Of a DNA stretch of 44,909 bases, positions 41,540 to 44,909 are shown in pieces. The stretch is from an uncultured Nitrososphaeraceae archaeon (GTDB taxonomy: Archaea > Thermoproteota > Nitrososphaeria > Nitrososphaerales > Nitrososphaeraceae). Each line of letters begins with the position of its first letter. The first letter of the stretch is position 1. Under the pieces are notes generated by a model. That model saw only the letters and a list, made by a program, of their open reading frames with translations, made no database searches and was not told where the DNA came from. The translations under genes and the position numbers were made by a program. The stretch covers positions 1 to 44,909 of the forward strand of contig CAVSLF010000002.1 of assembly GCA_963728595.1 (NCBI GenBank), read 5' to 3'.

Positions 41540-42493
41540 TCACAACTCTTCTTCTGCATCTGTAACACCTGATTCATCTATTTGCAATCGGCAGTCGGCA
41601 ATAGGGTAATAAGCACTCTTAACAAGTCTGGCAAATATCACTGGTCCATATTCTAAGAGCGATATTCTGTGGGTAACAGAATGACCAAGAACATTTCCAC
41701 CCGTAGGCTTGTATTTACCACGTGATTCTGGTCTGTCACTAACCTGGTTGGTAATGACAACTGCAATATCGTGGTTAAAGGCTAATGTGTTGAGAGCGTG
41801 CATAAATTTGAGTAATCTTTGTTGTCTTTCGACAAGATTAGACCTGCCTATAAATTCTGCTCTATAGTTCTTGATGACGGAATCGATTATTACTAATTTA
41901 ATATTATTCGATTTTATTAAGTCTGGTATTTGTTCCAAGGTTTGCTCCTGTTTAGCCACGCTATCAGCTTTTCGAATGGTGATATTATCGAATACTTGCC
42001 CTACGTCCAGCTGACGAAGTAAAGCAATTTTCCCAATCCTGATAGGATTGTATGTGAGCTCTGTGTCGATATAGAGAACCATGGAACCAGTTATTTTTCG
42101 ACCATCGAGTTGTGCTGCGACAGCCAAACTATCGAGTTGTGCTCCGACAGCCAAACTATCGAGTTGTGCTGCAACAGCCAAACTATGGCACATCTGAGTC
42201 TTGCCGCAGCCGGGAGGTCCACAAAATTCTGTAATACAACGAGTATTGATTCCATCGTACAACATTTTATTAAGCCAAAAAGAGAAAGTTGGAATTTTTC
42301 GACGTCTGAATTCTTCAAGAAATTCTGAGGTGGAATAGAAAGGTTCTATAGTGCTTTTAGCTTTTTCGCTCTGTGTCCCTAAGGTTTGTTGTGTCTTTGC
42401 ATTCTGTTCAGTATTGGTATCTACATCATCATGTTTATCAAATAAGTTTAATCGTTGACTACTAACACTTTGATTAGTCAATGGTGATGCCAA
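41540..42493 (-). CDS. radA: RadA/Rad51 paralogue with intact ATPase motifs and no N-terminal HhH domain
   Basis: ITEFCGPPGCGKTQ, YIDTE, LVIIDS, YRAEFIGRSNLVERQQ, VITNQV, GGNVLGH. Confidence 0.88.
   Translation of the reverse strand: MASPLTNQSVSSQRLNLFDKHDDVDTNTEQNAKTQQTLGTQSEKAKSTIEPFYSTSEFLEEFRRRKIPTFSFWLNKMLYDGINTRCITEFCGPPGCGKTQMCHSLAVAAQLDSLAVGAQLDSLAVAAQLDGRKITGSMVLYIDTELTYNPIRIGKIALLRQLDVGQVFDNITIRKADSVAKQEQTLEQIPDLIKSNNIKLVIIDSVIKNYRAEFIGRSNLVERQQRLLKFMHALNTLAFNHDIAVVITNQVSDRPESRGKYKPTGGNVLGHSVTHRISLLEYGPVIFARLVKSAYYPIADCRLQIDESGVTDAEEEL
42104..42184 (-). repeat. Three in-frame 27-bp tandem repeats inside the RadA paralogue
   Basis: Encodes SLAVAAQLD-SLAVGAQLD-SLAVAAQLD. Confidence 0.95.
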
Positions 42494-42618
42494 CTGACTC
42501 TTGTATCATTCTTACCTTCATCATCCATGAGCAATATCACCACCAACCTGCTTCTCTTCTAACAATCGTAAAATCTTGTCAAATTTGCATACTAATTCTG
42601 GAATACGCTTCATTGCAC

Positions 42619-43188
42619 TTAGATAAGACCTAGCCAATCGCCTAAATCTTTCCACTCCTTCTTGTACGTCCTGTCTGGATGAGCTGGAATTTCTTCAGGT
42701 TTTTTTCCAGATTTACAATACTCATCCCACTGTTCCTTACCCTTTAGCTTCAGAGCTCGAACATGAGCTCTAGCGGTCTCAAAATCAAGGAATTTTCTAT
42801 TGATATTTGCGATTTTACCTGTACCTAGCCAATCGCCTAAATCTTTCCACTCCTTCTTGTACGTCCTGTCTGGATGAGCTGGAATTTCTTCACGCTTCGT
42901 TCCAGATTTACAATACCTATCCCACTCTTCTTGGCCTTTTAGATTCAGAGCTCTAACCTGCGCTCTGGCTGTTTCAAAATCAAGGAATTTTCTATTGAAT
43001 GTTGCAATTGTACCTGTACCCAACCAGTCACCAAGGCCCTTCCAGTGTTGCTTGTATGTTCTGTCTGGATGATAGGGTATCTCTGGAGGTTTGCGCCCTG
43101 ATTTACAATATTCGTTCCATTCTTGAGAAGATTTTAGTCCCAATTTATGAACAAACTCTCTTGCATCTTCAAATGGAAGGTGGTTCAA
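42619..43188 (-). CDS. Stand-alone integrase-repeat-unit protein (three ~65-aa repeats)
   Basis: F..AR..V..L.LK....W..YCKSG....IP.HPDRTYK..WK.LGDWLG repeated three times; 195-bp DNA periodicity (42629/42824). Confidence 0.8.
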   Translation of the reverse strand: MNHLPFEDAREFVHKLGLKSSQEWNEYCKSGRKPPEIPYHPDRTYKQHWKGLGDWLGTGTIATFNRKFLDFETARAQVRALNLKGQEEWDRYCKSGTKREEIPAHPDRTYKKEWKDLGDWLGTGKIANINRKFLDFETARAHVRALKLKGKEQWDEYCKSGKKPEEIPAHPDRTYKKEWKDLGDWLGLI

Positions 43189-43335
43189 TTGATACTGTGA
43201 GAAATAAATACTGACTACTAAAAAGTTTTAACCAGACATTCTACTCTAATATGATATGGCCTCTATTTCAGCCGAGTGTATTGAACTCACCGAACCATTG
43301 GATATTCCAGGTCTTAGTCCTGGTGAATGACAAAA

Positions 43336-43971
43336 TCAGAAACTTTTTTGTGATATCTTGAAGGAATTTAATATCTCAACTACATCATCATAATAGGAAT
43401 CAAAAAGAACAGGGTTTGAAGCGTTATATGATATTTCATAAGCTACTTCATTTACCACCAACCAAATCTTCATTAATTTATCAATCAAACTTCTGAATCT
43501 AGAAATGTATACAATTTTGCGTGCAGAATATCCGTTAATTATCAAGTCCATCTCTTCTAGTATAGTCTCGGTATCCAAATCTAGCATTCCAATTTGAAAT
43601 TTCACAACCTCTGCAAGTGATTTAGTAGGATAAACAGAAGGGTTAGAAATATCAAGATTTTTTACTGTTAAACTTACACTTCCCACAACCCCTGAAACAG
43701 GATGTGCTGTTACCACAGTTTTTTCTAGCCTTTGTATTTTTTTTATTTTTTCTGGTATTGAGTCAGTAGTCCAATTAACCGGAAATTCTAATGTCAAACC
43801 CCATTCACTGTTCTTGAATTGTTTAGGTTTTAGATTTGCAATATACCGTTCATACTGTTCAAATAAAGTTTCACCCCCTAAGAACCTAGCCAGTCTGTGA
43901 TTCGTAAAAAATGATTTTTTCGTCCCTACGAAAGTTTTCTTTATTATTAACATAAAATCTTGTTGCATCAT
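43336..43971 (-). CDS. PsbP/Mog1-like domain protein
   Basis: FKNSEWGLTLEFPVNW, INGYSARKIVY, VAYEISYNA, VVEILNSFKI. Confidence 0.75.
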   Translation of the reverse strand: MMQQDFMLIIKKTFVGTKKSFFTNHRLARFLGGETLFEQYERYIANLKPKQFKNSEWGLTLEFPVNWTTDSIPEKIKKIQRLEKTVVTAHPVSGVVGSVSLTVKNLDISNPSVYPTKSLAEVVKFQIGMLDLDTETILEEMDLIINGYSARKIVYISRFRSLIDKLMKIWLVVNEVAYEISYNASNPVLFDSYYDDVVEILNSFKISQKSF

Positions 43972-44000
43972 AAATAACTCCCTCCTCTATGTTCTTCATC

Positions 44001-44531
44001 CTATCCAAGGTACAGTCGTTCGCTCCGGAAACGTGATTTTTGTGAAACTTGATTGTATTGCTCTAATGATTCAAATTTACTCATACCAACCAATTTTATG
44101 TAATTAAATACGTTCTTCAAGTGTTCATGCTTTTCCGTATCGTCTAACGATAATGAAACCAGAATTTCCTTTAGCATTATTAATCTTAGTACCGGTTTAT
44201 ACCTAGCAGCTTTCACCAGTGCGTATGTATACTGTACGTTTCTAAGAAAGTAACTTAGAATAACATAGCAAATTATTCCTAGGATTACTACGGCCATAAT
44301 CAATATTATCATAGTTTCTTTCAGTATGTTGAGAGAAGCTAACCCTAGGAAAATGGTTGTTGCTAGACCTATGGTAGTTAGAAATTTATCTTTGAAGCCA
44401 TTTATTGTCGATTTGATTTCCTGTTCACGATATTCAAGTTCTCGTTTGTCAGCATCGTTAAGTTCTAGCATACTTTGGATATAATATTGCATTTGACTAA
44501 AGAGCCATTGGTTGTTATGGGCTTCTTTCAT
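44001..44531 (-). CDS. Two-TM membrane hypothetical protein
   Basis: Coiled N-terminus, two adjacent TM helices and a helical C-terminus. Confidence 0.6.
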   Translation of the reverse strand: MKEAHNNQWLFSQMQYYIQSMLELNDADKRELEYREQEIKSTINGFKDKFLTTIGLATTIFLGLASLNILKETMIILIMAVVILGIICYVILSYFLRNVQYTYALVKAARYKPVLRLIMLKEILVSLSLDDTEKHEHLKNVFNYIKLVGMSKFESLEQYNQVSQKSRFRSERLYLG

Positions 44532-44909
44532 ATTAGTGCCATTTTGATATCTACTACTCCTTATGCTTTAAACTCCTGCGGCCAGCCCCAAGTTAATATT
44601 GCCTCTATATTTAGCCCGTTATCCAGCCCCATGTCAGCTCGCTAATTGGAATTTGACTTCATAATCTTTATTAATTACAGTTAATTCCTGTGTTTAGGAA
44701 CCACTTTTTAGGACCTGTAGCGTTCCGGATACCACCGAACCCGGACCTACATGTCTAATTTATTTTCAGATTAATATCTTAATGTAAATTTGGGCCCAAA
44801 GGCGTCACTCATCGTCTATATAAGGCATCCCAAGATTTCCTACCTTAGTCCATCGGGATGTTGGGTTTAATGTCACTCACTCATAAAATACGTAAGCATA
44901 ACTTTGTCC

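Noticed and set aside
42104..42184. 27-bp repeats as a mini CRISPR array
   Set aside because: Head-to-tail with no spacers, and in frame within the RadA coding sequence

Overview
AT-rich archaeal DNA, most likely from a soil ammonia-oxidising thaumarchaeon (Nitrososphaeraceae). This is inferred from a TFB paralogue, thermosome, Asp-box/PsbP-like/DM13 proteins and many small Zn-finger proteins. The window is an accessory region. At ~7.9-14.5 kb there is an integrative, probably self-replicating element: tyrosine integrase, a divergent regulator pair, a divergent MCM helicase, an iteron-bearing inverted repeat (candidate origin), a phage-type SSB, and a ~450-bp non-coding array of GTCTAC/GTATAC motifs followed by a ribbon-helix-helix (RHH) gene. 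This array+RHH module recurs in inverted orientation at 40.6-41.35 kb, behind a RadA-paralogue operon, and as a fragment at 24 kb. The ~26 kb between the two full copies holds an internally deleted thermosome and a decaying defence-like cluster (PD-(D/E)XK-like protein, ASCH, OLD-nuclease and MTase remnants, YaaC-like remnant, proteasome-beta-like Ntn hydrolase, three HEPN R-x4-H genes). It also holds ordinary host-type genes (CPA2 antiporter, ClC, phosphoesterase, Rieske protein, response regulator). More than a dozen genes are broken, nearly all by single-base insertions, which suggests sequencing error rather than pseudogenisation. No tRNA, rRNA or CRISPR array was found. All protein family calls come from motif recognition by eye, not database searches.
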